Shown here in pieces: positions 1 through 10,286 of a stretch of 64,000 nucleotides of DNA. The stretch's first letter is position 1. Every line of letters starts with the position of its first letter. The DNA lies in IMG/VR virus record IMGVR_UViG_3300005689_000056, positions 35,462 through 99,461 of that record, one strand, 5' to 3'. Source of the DNA: a virus. A program made the translations under genes and the position numbers. The notes below the pieces were generated by a model, which saw only the letters and a list, made by a program, of their open reading frames with translations, searched no databases and was not told where the DNA came from.

Positions 1-837
1 AAAGACCGGTGCCAATTGGCACCCAAGAATAGTATTAAAGAAAACCTAAAAACGAATAGTGATGATGGAGGACGTTTGGCTTCGCCGCACGTCGGGAGGG
101 TTCGTAGAGTAAGGCCAGCAACCACCCAGCAGGAAAATGCAATTGATTGCAAAAGCAAGATCCTGTCCATCGCACAGAAAGCCGCTGAGCGTTCCGCTAC
201 AAAGCAGTTGGAGAAAGTTCGGCGGGGCCGCGCCGCCGCGCCCGGGGCAATTACGCTTACCGATCTTAACGCTACGTGGAAGCGTTGTATGGTGCAGGCG
301 TTCGGTAAGTGCGCGGTGGGTGCTCTTACACATGTCGAGTACGGTGTATTCAAAAAGATCGTGAAGGCCCACGATATATCATTCCCGTGGGTTGAGTTCT
401 TTGAGTGGATCATTGGGTCTTGGTCCGCACTGAACGACGACCACAAGAGGCGTGTGGATTACGCGAGGAAGAAAGAGGGCGGGTGGCCCCCCACCGATGA
501 TGGTTCTTTCTACCTAGGTACCGAGACACCCATGCTGTCGTCGGTGGTTAAGAATCTGGTCAAGCTCTCACGCATCTACACAGACAACCGCAACCGCGCA
601 GTGTCACGCGTTACGTCGGATGCCGCCAAGTACATTGAAGAGGCGGAGCGTCAGCGAGTACGCGCGGAGAAGGCCGAGAAAGCACTGCAGAAAGTATCGT
701 CCTTGCGTAGCACCCGGAAAGATACCCCAGCACCCGCGCGGCGGCAGCGTAGCGCCGTGGCGACTATCGCTAGGCCGGAGGATGATGACTACTTCGCAAA
801 AGACGACCAGCTACCTGATTGGGAGGCTCAAGGATGA
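1..837 (+). CDS. Putative replication initiator-like protein, 5'-truncated
   Basis: Frame is open from base 1; lies directly upstream of loader-like and DnaB genes; function inferred from context only. Confidence 0.5.
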   Translation, partial: KDRCQLAPKNSIKENLKTNSDDGGRLASPHVGRVRRVRPATTQQENAIDCKSKILSIAQKAAERSATKQLEKVRRGRAAAPGAITLTDLNATWKRCMVQAFGKCAVGALTHVEYGVFKKIVKAHDISFPWVEFFEWIIGSWSALNDDHKRRVDYARKKEGGWPPTDDGSFYLGTETPMLSSVVKNLVKLSRIYTDNRNRAVSRVTSDAAKYIEEAERQRVRAEKAEKALQKVSSLRSTRKDTPAPARRQRSAVATIARPEDDDYFAKDDQLPDWEAQG

Positions 838-1427
838 ACAAGCACGAGATGTTGCGGGCAGGGATACCTGCAGACGCTATCGCCACTACGTTACCCAATG
901 CTGGGTTTCAAAACATACGTGATCGTATTCGCGATGGCTCTTTGCTGGTACCCGGTAGGGCTATCGTTGTCGCTCCAGCGGGTGTAACCAACACCGAGTC
1001 GGTAGGTCGTGCGGAGTTGGCTTTTTATCTGACGATGAAGGAGTTGATGCTAGCTAGCAAGGTTGATGGGGTGATCCTGTCTCTTGCCGAGCTAAACATG
1101 ATGATCCTTGAGGGTCGAGATACTGCCAACCATCGTGCGGTAGGTGACGGGCTGGAGATCTATGACCTAGGTACAGAGGATACGCTTTTGGGTGTCTCAG
1201 GATTCGTGGCTAACGGTGAGTCTTACATCGAGCCCCGGGTCCGGGAATTCCTCTCAGCCTTGCTACTGAAGTGGATGCGTAGAGGTAACCGCATTGTGTT
1301 CGGTTGTCATTGTTTTGCCTCACGCCTTGATAGTTGGTGGCCCCCGCACCTTGTGGCCTACATCGCACGTAACGGCGACACTTTCAATATCGGTAGCCTC
1401 AGCGATTCGGGGGCAGAGAATGAGTGA
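834..1427 (+). CDS. Possible degenerate DnaC-like helicase loader
   Basis: ATG overlaps the upstream stop; sits between initiator-like gene and DnaB; no intact Walker A. Confidence 0.4.
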   Translation: MNKHEMLRAGIPADAIATTLPNAGFQNIRDRIRDGSLLVPGRAIVVAPAGVTNTESVGRAELAFYLTMKELMLASKVDGVILSLAELNMMILEGRDTANHRAVGDGLEIYDLGTEDTLLGVSGFVANGESYIEPRVREFLSALLLKWMRRGNRIVFGCHCFASRLDSWWPPHLVAYIARNGDTFNIGSLSDSGAENE

Positions 1428-2676
1428 CGGGCTCAAGCTCATAGCCACCATTATCGATAACGGTAGCGTTCGTGCATTGAGGGAGATACCGTCGGAGCTA
1501 TTCGTGGAGGACGAGATACCGGTGTATCAGTTTATCCGGTCTCACTACCGACGGTACGGGGTACTGCCGGCGTACAGCACGGTAGAGGAGGAGTGTGACA
1601 TATCTATACCGGAACCAGAAGAAGGTATCGACTACTACCTGAAGAAGGTCAACGATAGGCGTATGTACAGCCTATTGCGCACGCAGTACTCTGAACTCCA
1701 GTCGTGTATGCGGGCTTACGATATGGATGCTGCGGCTGAGGTTATCGCAGGTATGCGCTCTACTACCCAGTCGCTTCGTATGGACGTGGATGTTATGGGG
1801 CTTGTAGAGGCGGCGTCCGCTGTGATGGATGAGTACGCTGTTGCGCACGAGAACCCCGGGCTTGCCGGCGTACCTACTTTGTGGCCGAGATACGATGAAT
1901 TGGTCGGGGGGTATCAGGGCGGTGACCTAGTCACCTACGTGGCTCGTCCCGGGGTTGGTAAGACGTACACGCTGCTAAGGCACGCACAGGCGGCTTACGC
2001 TACGGGTCATAGTATTCTGGTCGTATCTATGGAGATGACCATCACCCAGATGTCGCGCCGCTTCATGTCACTGGTCACAGGTATTGGCGCTGACTACATC
2101 CGACGAGGCCGTCTATCAACCTACGCAAGGCGCAGACTGCAGCAGTACGTTGATGACCTAGAGAGTACCGACAGGGCGCACTTTTTCACCGGGGGCGTTC
2201 GCAAGACCCCGTCTGACGTTGATATCCTCATACAGGAACTCAGGCCGGATATCTGCTACATCGACAGTATCTATCTCATGAACTCGGACAACAAGAAAGC
2301 CGTAACACGTCCGGACAAGGTGTCGGCAATCTTCGATGAGACGAAGCAGATTGCTGTCGCCCGCAAGTTGCCTATCGTCGCTACATCACAGTACAACCGG
2401 CTATCTGGAAAGAAAGGCAAAGACGGGTCACTTGAGACCATCGCGTATAGTGACGCCATCTCTACCCACAGTTCGGTAATACTATCGTTACAGGAAGGGT
2501 TGCCGGGTCGCGAGGCAGTCACGCGCCAAGGTACCCTGATTAAGGGTCGCGAGGGGGAGGCAGGTACTGTTTTCTACCACTACTCGTTTAGACCCGTAAA
2601 CATGGATGAGATGACGCCAGAAGAGATCGGGAATGAGACACAGGACGGTGAGCCCGATCTCGATTGGGTTGGTTGA
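1420..2676 (+). CDS. dnaB: DnaB-like replicative helicase
   Basis: ARPGVGKT Walker A, SMEM, YIDSIYLM, SQYNR, KGREG motifs. Confidence 0.92.
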   Translation: MSDGLKLIATIIDNGSVRALREIPSELFVEDEIPVYQFIRSHYRRYGVLPAYSTVEEECDISIPEPEEGIDYYLKKVNDRRMYSLLRTQYSELQSCMRAYDMDAAAEVIAGMRSTTQSLRMDVDVMGLVEAASAVMDEYAVAHENPGLAGVPTLWPRYDELVGGYQGGDLVTYVARPGVGKTYTLLRHAQAAYATGHSILVVSMEMTITQMSRRFMSLVTGIGADYIRRGRLSTYARRRLQQYVDDLESTDRAHFFTGGVRKTPSDVDILIQELRPDICYIDSIYLMNSDNKKAVTRPDKVSAIFDETKQIAVARKLPIVATSQYNRLSGKKGKDGSLETIAYSDAISTHSSVILSLQEGLPGREAVTRQGTLIKGREGEAGTVFYHYSFRPVNMDEMTPEEIGNETQDGEPDLDWVG

Positions 2677-2700
2677 AATCGATTGCAAAGTGGGGATGCC

Positions 2701-2904
2701 ATGGACCGGTACGCGTATCTACTCAGCCTAGATGAGATCTTCTTCGTGAAGGAGCATCAGGATAGCCCGCAGGTTCAGGCACTCATTGCCACCTGCGAAA
2801 AGATTGTAGACCTTGAGGAGCAACTTGACGCGCTGCGCGATACGATGGCTGTGCAGAGTCAGGAAATGTTCCGGCGTAGAAGGAGAGTACGGCGTGACGT
2901 ATAG
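2701..2904 (+). CDS. Small hypothetical protein with Arg-rich C-terminus
   Basis: GGGG-like RBS; fills the gap between helicase and polymerase. Confidence 0.6.
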   Translation: MDRYAYLLSLDEIFFVKEHQDSPQVQALIATCEKIVDLEEQLDALRDTMAVQSQEMFRRRRRVRRDV

Positions 2905-5590
2905 CCAGCATTGCGAAGGCTGCCCCCTGCACGGTACGGGGGTGCCAGTGAGCCACAAAGGCTCTACATTGTCGCGGTTTGTCGTTGTCACAGATACACC
3001 ATCGCAGTACAACGCACGCGAGGGTCGTCTGTTATCGAATAGCGCCAGTACCGTGCTCGGTAAGGCCATGAAGGCTGCGGGGTTTGAGAGGGATGACTTC
3101 TGCTACTACCCGCAGGTTCGTTGCCCGCACGAGGCCGACCAGTACAGCACCAAAGAGAAGAAAGCCATCAGGGATCACTGTAGGCCGCACATGGTTGAGT
3201 TCGTCCAGCGTGTAAAGCCGGAGGCGGTGATACCGCTTGGTGCAGAGGCCTCCAGACAGGTACTGTCGCGGGCAGCTAAGATCACCAAAGTTCGCGGGGT
3301 GGTAGAGCATAGCGATGAGCTAGACACTCACGTTTTCCCTATGCTCAGCCCGGGTATGGTGACGATGTACCCTCAGCACCAGCAGACTTTCTATGCGGAC
3401 TGCCGTGCCCTGAGCGAGCTATGCGACGTATCGTTCAACCTTCGGGTACGGTCTCGCAAGATGCTGGGGCGGTACGAGTTCATTGACGATCTGCAGTTCC
3501 TGATCGACATGGAGCCTACGCTTCTATTCTTCGACACGGAAAACACCGGCTTGTCGTGGTTCCATGAAGGTAAGCACGACGTTCGCGACTACGACCCGCA
3601 CACCTGCGGTAAGGAGTTTGACCCAGCGGCTGCTATCCTCACGATGCAGTTTACTGTCAAGGCCGGCGAGTCCTACATGCTTGTGTGGGATCACCCGGAG
3701 CGCCCCGCGTCCCCACGAGCGAAAGCCAAGCTGCGCAAGCAGTTGCGTAGGCTACTATGCAACCCCAAGACGCGGGTGATAAGCCAGAACGCCAAGTACG
3801 ACGCTACGTATATGGCCGGTGTTGAGGGCATAGACTACCGTATCGGCGGGTGCACACTCATGCTGGCTACGCTACTTGACGAGAACTCACTATCGCGAAG
3901 CCAAGATACGCTGGTTCGACAGTGGGTGCCTGAGATGGCCGGGTATGCTGACCACTTCAACGCGACTACCGATAAGTCACGTATGTGGGAGGTGCCGCTA
4001 GACAAACTCATAAACTACGGTTGCGGTGACGCGGATAGCGGCTTCAGGCTCTATAAGAAGTTGATTAAAGAGGTGTCATCCGATAAGCGGCTACTTGATC
4101 ACTACCGGTATGTGTCCTTGCCGGGTCTTAACACTTTCAAGGGCATCGAGTTGCGGGGGATGGACGTAGACGAAGATGCACTGGATGCGTTCGAGACCCT
4201 TATGGACGGCATGGTGACTGAGCAGTATTCGTCGCTGATAGAGCAGGTACCGCGCAGCATCAAGCGTAAGCACCTGCAAGAATTTGCTGAGAAGAAGAAG
4301 AAACCAGAAGACGCCTTGAAGTTTTCCCGGGCAGAATTTGTGCGGGACATTCTCTTTACACACAGGGACGGGTTCCGGCTGAGGCCCAAAGTCTTCACAA
4401 AGACTACGGCCAAGTTGTCTGCAGATAAGCGAATACCTAGCACATCCACCAAGGACCATCTACCGTACTTCCATGACGACTGCCCTTTCACGATTGAGTT
4501 GTCTGAGTACATTAAAAACGAGCGGCTGCTTAATACCAGTGTTCGCGGGTTTAAAAAGAAGTACATACACGCAGCTAAGGTCAGGCCTACCTACAGTCTG
4601 ACCACGGCGCGTACTGGGCGCACGTCTTCCGAAGACCCTAACGGCCAGAACTTCCCTAAGCGCGGGAAGATGGCTAAGGCTTACAGGCGCTGCTTTGTAG
4701 CTCCGGAAGGTTACTATGTCTTAGAGGCCGACTTATCGCAAGCAGAGCTACGAATATCTGCAGATGAAGCCAACGAGACCACGATGCTCAAGGTCTATCG
4801 TGAGGGGGGCGACATCCATACCGAGACAGCCACAATCGTGATGGGTCTTACTAAGGCCGCATTCTTGAAACTACCGGTGTCGGAGCAGAAGGACGCGCGG
4901 CAGAAAGCTAAGGCTGTGAACTTCGGCTTCATTTACGGTATGGGTTGGCGTAAGTTTATCGGCTACGCTAAGACGCAATACGGTGTTGAATTTACCGACG
5001 ATGAAGCGCAGCGCATCCGGTCTCAGTTCTTCATCAAGTACAGTAAGCTGGAAGCATGGCACGAGAAGTACCGCAATATGGCTAGGCGCGATAAGCAGGT
5101 ACGTTCGTATAGTGGGCGGATACGCCATCTACCAATGATCGACTCTGAGGATGAGATGGTGCAGCAGGAGGCAGGCCGGCAGGCGATCAATAGCCCTGTA
5201 CAGGAGTTCGCTTCTTCGCTTGGCGTTATGGCGATGTCTCGCCTGTCGGAAGAGATCGACCCTCGATACCTTGCTCCGATAGCGTTCGTGCATGACGCTA
5301 TCTATTGCTTGGTACCCAAGCAGCACCTTGAGTGGGGGGCCAAGACCCTCAAGTGGTACATGGAGACTAACCCGATTGAGGAGTGGTTTGGTATCCGCAT
5401 GAAGTGCCCTATTGTCGCGGATGTATCGTTCGGTATTAATTTCGGTGATACGTTTGAGTTGAAGGGTCTCACACTAGATGAGCCGTACGACTTCAGCGTG
5501 TTCTCGGCAGCAGAGGACGACGATGCGCCCTATATCGAGGTTGTAGAACAAGCTGATCCGCCTAACTACGGCCTGATCGAGTACGATTGA
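2894..5590 (+). CDS. Family A DNA polymerase with N-terminal uracil-DNA-glycosylase-like domain and 3'-5' exonuclease
   Basis: AGGAG RBS before GTG 2894; CEGCPL Cys cluster; FFDTE, QNAKYD, YGCGDAD exo motifs; TGRTSS, ADLSQAELR, KAVNFGFIYG, VHDA polymerase motifs. Confidence 0.93.
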   Translation: MTYSQHCEGCPLHGTGVPVSHKGSTLSRFVVVTDTPSQYNAREGRLLSNSASTVLGKAMKAAGFERDDFCYYPQVRCPHEADQYSTKEKKAIRDHCRPHMVEFVQRVKPEAVIPLGAEASRQVLSRAAKITKVRGVVEHSDELDTHVFPMLSPGMVTMYPQHQQTFYADCRALSELCDVSFNLRVRSRKMLGRYEFIDDLQFLIDMEPTLLFFDTENTGLSWFHEGKHDVRDYDPHTCGKEFDPAAAILTMQFTVKAGESYMLVWDHPERPASPRAKAKLRKQLRRLLCNPKTRVISQNAKYDATYMAGVEGIDYRIGGCTLMLATLLDENSLSRSQDTLVRQWVPEMAGYADHFNATTDKSRMWEVPLDKLINYGCGDADSGFRLYKKLIKEVSSDKRLLDHYRYVSLPGLNTFKGIELRGMDVDEDALDAFETLMDGMVTEQYSSLIEQVPRSIKRKHLQEFAEKKKKPEDALKFSRAEFVRDILFTHRDGFRLRPKVFTKTTAKLSADKRIPSTSTKDHLPYFHDDCPFTIELSEYIKNERLLNTSVRGFKKKYIHAAKVRPTYSLTTARTGRTSSEDPNGQNFPKRGKMAKAYRRCFVAPEGYYVLEADLSQAELRISADEANETTMLKVYREGGDIHTETATIVMGLTKAAFLKLPVSEQKDARQKAKAVNFGFIYGMGWRKFIGYAKTQYGVEFTDDEAQRIRSQFFIKYSKLEAWHEKYRNMARRDKQVRSYSGRIRHLPMIDSEDEMVQQEAGRQAINSPVQEFASSLGVMAMSRLSEEIDPRYLAPIAFVHDAIYCLVPKQHLEWGAKTLKWYMETNPIEEWFGIRMKCPIVADVSFGINFGDTFELKGLTLDEPYDFSVFSAAEDDDAPYIEVVEQADPPNYGLIEYD

Positions 5591-5614
5591 CAAAGAAATT
5601 GATACAGGTATAAT
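5587..5614 (+). promoter_or_regulatory. Sigma70-type promoter
   Basis: TTGACA-16 bp-TATAAT, then AGGAGG and ATG 5636. Confidence 0.8.
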
Positions 5615-5635
5615 GTAACTTTCGTAGGAGGCCAT

Positions 5636-6058
5636 ATGGCTATACGCGTTAGAAGGGTTCGCCGGGGTGGGGCCGACGTAAACCCACACAAAGATACGAT
5701 GGACCGGCTTTTGCAATCGATTGCAGAAAAGCAGGAGGAGGCTGCGCGTCTGACTTCTCTTGCTGCGGCGGAGCTAGTCCAGCTTAACGGCTTGATGGGC
5801 GACTTGAAGCTGGGTACCTACCAGTTCGAGAATATCTACGCCACCCGCGCTCAATCTACAGGTCGGGCCACGAACTTTATTGACCCTGCGGCATTCCGTA
5901 AGGAGTGTGCGAGTGATAAGGAATTCTACGGCGCGGTGACCGTATCCATTACCGAGGCTAAGGCCATCCTGCCGGGTAAGGTCTTGGAGAAGATCATTGA
6001 GACGAAGCCGGCCAAGCCCGGTCCTTACACTACCAAGGTTAGTCGCAAGGTGAAGTGA
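5636..6058 (+). CDS. Hypothetical protein with N-terminal RVRRVR
   Basis: Strong RBS and promoter; stop overlaps primase start. Confidence 0.8.
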   Translation: MAIRVRRVRRGGADVNPHKDTMDRLLQSIAEKQEEAARLTSLAAAELVQLNGLMGDLKLGTYQFENIYATRAQSTGRATNFIDPAAFRKECASDKEFYGAVTVSITEAKAILPGKVLEKIIETKPAKPGPYTTKVSRKVK

Positions 6059-7050
6059 TGGACCGGGAAAGTATTCACGCATTCATGAGTGAGGTCGCGG
6101 GGCCTAATATCGAACTGATCGACCATCCCAGTTGGGTGTCCTTCAGGTGTGTGTTGGCTCCGTGGACGCATGAGCGTGGTACAGATCGCACGCCTTCTGC
6201 AGGTATCTCGATAAACGAGGGCGGCACCAGTATTTACCATTGCTGGGCGTGCGGGGGTAAGAACAAAGGCCCGCTCGATTGGCTTCTGCGACGGCTGGAG
6301 GGCTTTACTGGGGACTCGTATCGTGAGTTGCGTCAATCTATCGACGGTACCGAGTTTATTGGCGGTGCGTTGCCTGAGTGGGGGTCGAAGGCTAGAGCCC
6401 GGTCACGTCTTCAGTTCCTAGACGAAGACATCTATATGGATCTGTTCGATAGTGCCGTAGGGCATCCTTACTTGAAGAGTAGGGGCCTCAATAGGTGGGC
6501 TACGAAAACACTGCAACTAATGGTAGACCCTGCGGACTCTCGCGGAGAGGAGCGCATAGTATTTCCAGTGTTTACGCCCGGGGGGAGGTTGGTAGGTTTC
6601 TCGGGCAGGGCTACAGGTGAAGATGTAGACCCAAAGGTTCGTGATTACTTTGGTTTGGTTAAGGAAGAGGTATTGTTAGGTTCGCATCTACTAGAACCGG
6701 ATGATGAGTACGTGATGGTTGTCGAAGGCCTTTTCGACTACGCGAAGTCCGTTATGTATGGCTTCCCGGCAGTCGCCGCTATGCATGCGGGGCTTACGGC
6801 AGCACAGGCTAAAATCTTGCGCAATCTAGGTAAGCCGGTAGTACTGATGTACGACGATGACAACGCCGGTAGGGATGCTACGGATAAGGCGATAGAGGCG
6901 TTGCTGCCATATCTTCCAGTAAGTTACGTCCGGTACCCCAAACGTAGGAAGGTAGGGGGAGGTAAATGTGTGAAGACAAAAAGCGATCCCGGGTCGCTAA
7001 GCGAAGCCGAGATGGTATCCATGGTGGCGGCAAGAAAAATCGTAGTTTGA
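6055..7050 (+). CDS. DNA primase (zinc finger plus TOPRIM)
   Basis: YHCWAC, GFSGR, VVEGLFD, YDDDNAG, SDPG motifs. Confidence 0.9.
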   Translation: MMDRESIHAFMSEVAGPNIELIDHPSWVSFRCVLAPWTHERGTDRTPSAGISINEGGTSIYHCWACGGKNKGPLDWLLRRLEGFTGDSYRELRQSIDGTEFIGGALPEWGSKARARSRLQFLDEDIYMDLFDSAVGHPYLKSRGLNRWATKTLQLMVDPADSRGEERIVFPVFTPGGRLVGFSGRATGEDVDPKVRDYFGLVKEEVLLGSHLLEPDDEYVMVVEGLFDYAKSVMYGFPAVAAMHAGLTAAQAKILRNLGKPVVLMYDDDNAGRDATDKAIEALLPYLPVSYVRYPKRRKVGGGKCVKTKSDPGSLSEAEMVSMVAARKIVV

Positions 7051-7406
7051 CAGTTGTACCGTGCCTACCTAGTATTACGTCTGACGCCGACGAGGGTATA
7101 GATATAGCAGCTAGACTGCTTAGCCCTTTGCGTCAAGGTAAGGGAGTAACCCTGAGCGTTACGGATAAGAGATTGAGCAAGAAACGGCGGATTAAATCCG
7201 CCACACTGTTTCTTACACCGGGTTCCGCCTATGGCGGCAGTGATAGCGTGATCTTGGCTTCGATGCCGGGGTACGGCAGTGAATTGTTCGATATCTATAC
7301 CGTCAAGCCTATGGTCTTTTACCGTGTTGGTTTGAGTATGCGTCTTTCGCGGGCGCTGGTAGCAGCAATCACTGATGTTTTTCAAGGAGTAAATCATGGT
7401 TCGTAA
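7047..7406 (+). CDS. Hypothetical protein, start uncertain
   Basis: Open frame fills the primase-SSB gap; TTG 7047 overlaps the primase stop. Confidence 0.45.
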   Translation: MTVVPCLPSITSDADEGIDIAARLLSPLRQGKGVTLSVTDKRLSKKRRIKSATLFLTPGSAYGGSDSVILASMPGYGSELFDIYTVKPMVFYRVGLSMRLSRALVAAITDVFQGVNHGS

Positions 7407-8661
7407 GGCAGCAAGAACCTCTGCACATCGCGGTGCGGAAGGGCGTGCAAAAGCCGAGGCAGAGCGTGAACGCGCCGCAGCCCGCGCCGAGGCTCGCAAA
7501 AACCAAGGTAACATCCCGTTCCGGTTCCGCGTACCGGTGGGTGAGACGACACAGGCAATCATCTGCGATGAGGAGCCGTACTTTTTCCGGTTTGAGCACA
7601 ACCTGAAGAATCCGAAGACTGGCAAGTGGGATACATTCACCGGTTGCGTCGCGGAGTACGACAACTGCCCAGTGTGCGCCGCCACGGACAAGGAAGCGTA
7701 TTACGCGATGTACCTTACCGTGATTGACCTTACGCCGTTTGAGACCAAGAACGGTGACGAAGTCGAGTTCAGTCGCAAGTTGCTGGTCGTCAAGCCGGCG
7801 CAACAGAAAAAGTTTCTTCGCATGTATGCCAAGGCCGAGGCCAAGGGCAATACTCTGCGGGGGGCGCTGATCGAGTTTACCCGTGACTCTGACAAGGATG
7901 CGTCCATCGGTAACGAGATCGAACTACTCGAATACGTGGATGAGGAGGAGCTTGAGACCTACACTCGCTCGTGGAAGGACAAGGACGGTAAGCGTCACGA
8001 GGAGATCTGTCACGAAGTACTGGACTATGACGAGCTTTTCCCTGAACCCGACGTTGATCAACTTCGTGCGCTGGTAGGCGGCGAGCCGGTTCCCGGTAGC
8101 CGCGAGCATGAACGCTCAGCGCTTGGTCGTGGTAGCAGCCGTCGCACCTCGCGCCGCGATGAGGAAGCGGACGATGAGGAGGAAGAAGACGAAGGCAAGC
8201 ACGCTCGCGGTCGTATGCGGACAGGCGGTAAGGCTCCAGCCAAGGCAGCTACCAAGACCCGCCCCGCCGCGCGCCGCGCTCGTGAGGAGGAAGAGGAAGG
8301 GGACGATGAGGACGATGAGGAGGACGATGAGGCTGCACCCCCACGCCGTGGTCGTTCGTCTACCAAGACCCGCCCCGCCGCGCGCCGCGCTCGTGAGGAG
8401 GAAGAGGAGACCAAACCGTCCCGTCGTGGTCGCCCGGCGGCAAAGAAGGCTGACGATCCGCCATTCGACACCGACGACGATGAGGAGGAAGAGGAAGACG
8501 ACGAGGAGGAGGATACCAAGGCCTCCGCCAAGACCCGTCCCGCACCGCGTCGTGGTCGTTCGGTAGCGAAGAAAGACGACGAAGAGGAAGAAGAAGAGGA
8601 AGAAGAAGAGAAGGTTAATCGGCGCAACCCCCGTCGTGTATCCATGCGTCGCGGTCGGTAA
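7396..8661 (+). CDS. Putative single-stranded DNA-binding protein with long charged disordered tail
   Basis: AAGGAG RBS; H..C..CPVC zinc-like N-domain as in phage SSBs; alternating D/E and R/K blocks. Confidence 0.65.
   Translation: MVRKAARTSAHRGAEGRAKAEAERERAAARAEARKNQGNIPFRFRVPVGETTQAIICDEEPYFFRFEHNLKNPKTGKWDTFTGCVAEYDNCPVCAATDKEAYYAMYLTVIDLTPFETKNGDEVEFSRKLLVVKPAQQKKFLRMYAKAEAKGNTLRGALIEFTRDSDKDASIGNEIELLEYVDEEELETYTRSWKDKDGKRHEEICHEVLDYDELFPEPDVDQLRALVGGEPVPGSREHERSALGRGSSRRTSRRDEEADDEEEEDEGKHARGRMRTGGKAPAKAATKTRPAARRAREEEEEGDDEDDEEDDEAAPPRRGRSSTKTRPAARRAREEEEETKPSRRGRPAAKKADDPPFDTDDDEEEEEDDEEEDTKASAKTRPAPRRGRSVAKKDDEEEEEEEEEEKVNRRNPRRVSMRRGR
8249..8408 (+). repeat. 49-bp perfect direct repeat inside the SSB-like tail
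   Basis: 8249-8297 equals 8360-8408, encoding TKTRPAARRAREEEE twice. Confidence 0.9.
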
Positions 8662-8705
8662 TACACTTTGAAGGGTGCGGGGGTGTAAGCCTCCGCACAT
8701 ACCAC

Positions 8706-10286
8706 ATGAAAGCCTACGTATCCGGTGCGGTGTATCTCCCACGTAAGTTTTTCGAAAGCCGGGACTTGGAGTCAGACCTGACTATCAAGTACTACAAAAT
8801 GGGTGAGCCAGACCCTCTGTATGTAGAGGCGTTCCAGCACGAAGGTAAGTACGTCGCTGTCCCGCGCGATTACGGTTTGCAATTGATTGCAGATCACGGT
8901 CTAGGCTTTGAAGATCGTATGTCTGACGGGCAGGATATGGACTACCCTAAAGTAGTCAAACACACAGGTGCGTACGCCTACCAGAAAGACTTCGTAAATC
9001 TGATTCTCGAGACTTGCAATGAAAGTAACGACTTTCTGATATCCGCCGCTACCGGTAAAGGTAAGACGGTGATGTCGTTGTCTGTATTCCAGAAGTTGGG
9101 GGTAAACGCTATTGTCGTGGTTGATCAACAAAACCTGCTTGACCAGTGGGTTGATCGAGCCAAGACCGTACTAGGCCTTACCGACGACCAGATAGGTATA
9201 GTGCAGGGGGGCAGAGCGGACTACGAAGGCAAGCATGTAACCATCGCTATGATGCAAACGCTTGTGTCCAGAAAGTACAGCGAGTCTTTCTACGACTACT
9301 TCGGCGTGGTTGTTTTTGACGAGGCCCATACGGCGGGTGCTCCGACATTCTCGCGGGCGTTGATGATGTTCTCGGCCCGTACTAGGTTCGGCGTGTCCGC
9401 TACTATCGAACGTCGCGATGCCTTACAGACTCTGCTTACTCACAACCTTGGGGCGGTTCGGGCAGAGCTAAAAGACAAGCACGACACCTCGTATGTGTAC
9501 TACGTTGAGAACTCAAGCATTTACTCGTGGTATGCAAATGTCTCACCTAAGACGGGCAGAATGCTGTCCGAGGTCGCGGAGGATACCGACAGAAATCTGG
9601 TACTAGCCACAGCGGCTAAATGGCTGTATGACTCAGGAAGAACTGTTCTTGTTCTTAGTGACCGCATCGAGCAGCTTGAAGCCCTACAGGTACTACTATC
9701 CTGTATGGGTGTCCCGGAGGACGAGTCGGCGGTATATACCGGCTACCACACGGTATGGGCGTACCGTAAAAATCCGAGACCGCTACGTAAGCCTATGGAT
9801 TACGTGCGTGGTACGGAATTCACACCGGTCATTCTCACCCCGGTTAAAAAGAAGCTGTCAAAGAAAACTAAGGCGGAGATGTTAGGTAGTACGCCTGCCA
9901 AGATAAAAATATTGCTCGCTACTTTCGGTATGTTCGCTAAGGGCGTGGATGTGCCGGAACTGTCCGGCGGGGTGGATGCCACCCCTAGGGCTAGGGCTGA
10001 GCAGGCTCACGGTAGAATTCTTCGTGTACGAGACGGTAAGCTGGTTCCTATATGGGTGACCCTGCGGGATGTTAATTCTTACCGTAACGATCATCAGTTT
10101 GCACAGCGCGTGAAGGACTACGCGGCGAGTTCTGCGGAGATATACAGATGGAGAATAGGAAAGGGACTGCGTCGAATCGACGTAGACGATCTGGTACGCG
10201 AAGCCAGACAGAACGTAGCACGCCTGAAAAAGCTACGGATCGAAACGAGCTTAGACGGCAACAATACGCTAGTGACCCCGCCCTAG
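8706..10286 (+). CDS. Superfamily 2 (DEAH) helicase
   Basis: AATGKGKT, VFDEAH, SAT, KGVDVP, QAHGRILR. Confidence 0.9.
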   Translation: MKAYVSGAVYLPRKFFESRDLESDLTIKYYKMGEPDPLYVEAFQHEGKYVAVPRDYGLQLIADHGLGFEDRMSDGQDMDYPKVVKHTGAYAYQKDFVNLILETCNESNDFLISAATGKGKTVMSLSVFQKLGVNAIVVVDQQNLLDQWVDRAKTVLGLTDDQIGIVQGGRADYEGKHVTIAMMQTLVSRKYSESFYDYFGVVVFDEAHTAGAPTFSRALMMFSARTRFGVSATIERRDALQTLLTHNLGAVRAELKDKHDTSYVYYVENSSIYSWYANVSPKTGRMLSEVAEDTDRNLVLATAAKWLYDSGRTVLVLSDRIEQLEALQVLLSCMGVPEDESAVYTGYHTVWAYRKNPRPLRKPMDYVRGTEFTPVILTPVKKKLSKKTKAEMLGSTPAKIKILLATFGMFAKGVDVPELSGGVDATPRARAEQAHGRILRVRDGKLVPIWVTLRDVNSYRNDHQFAQRVKDYAASSAEIYRWRIGKGLRRIDVDDLVREARQNVARLKKLRIETSLDGNNTLVTPP

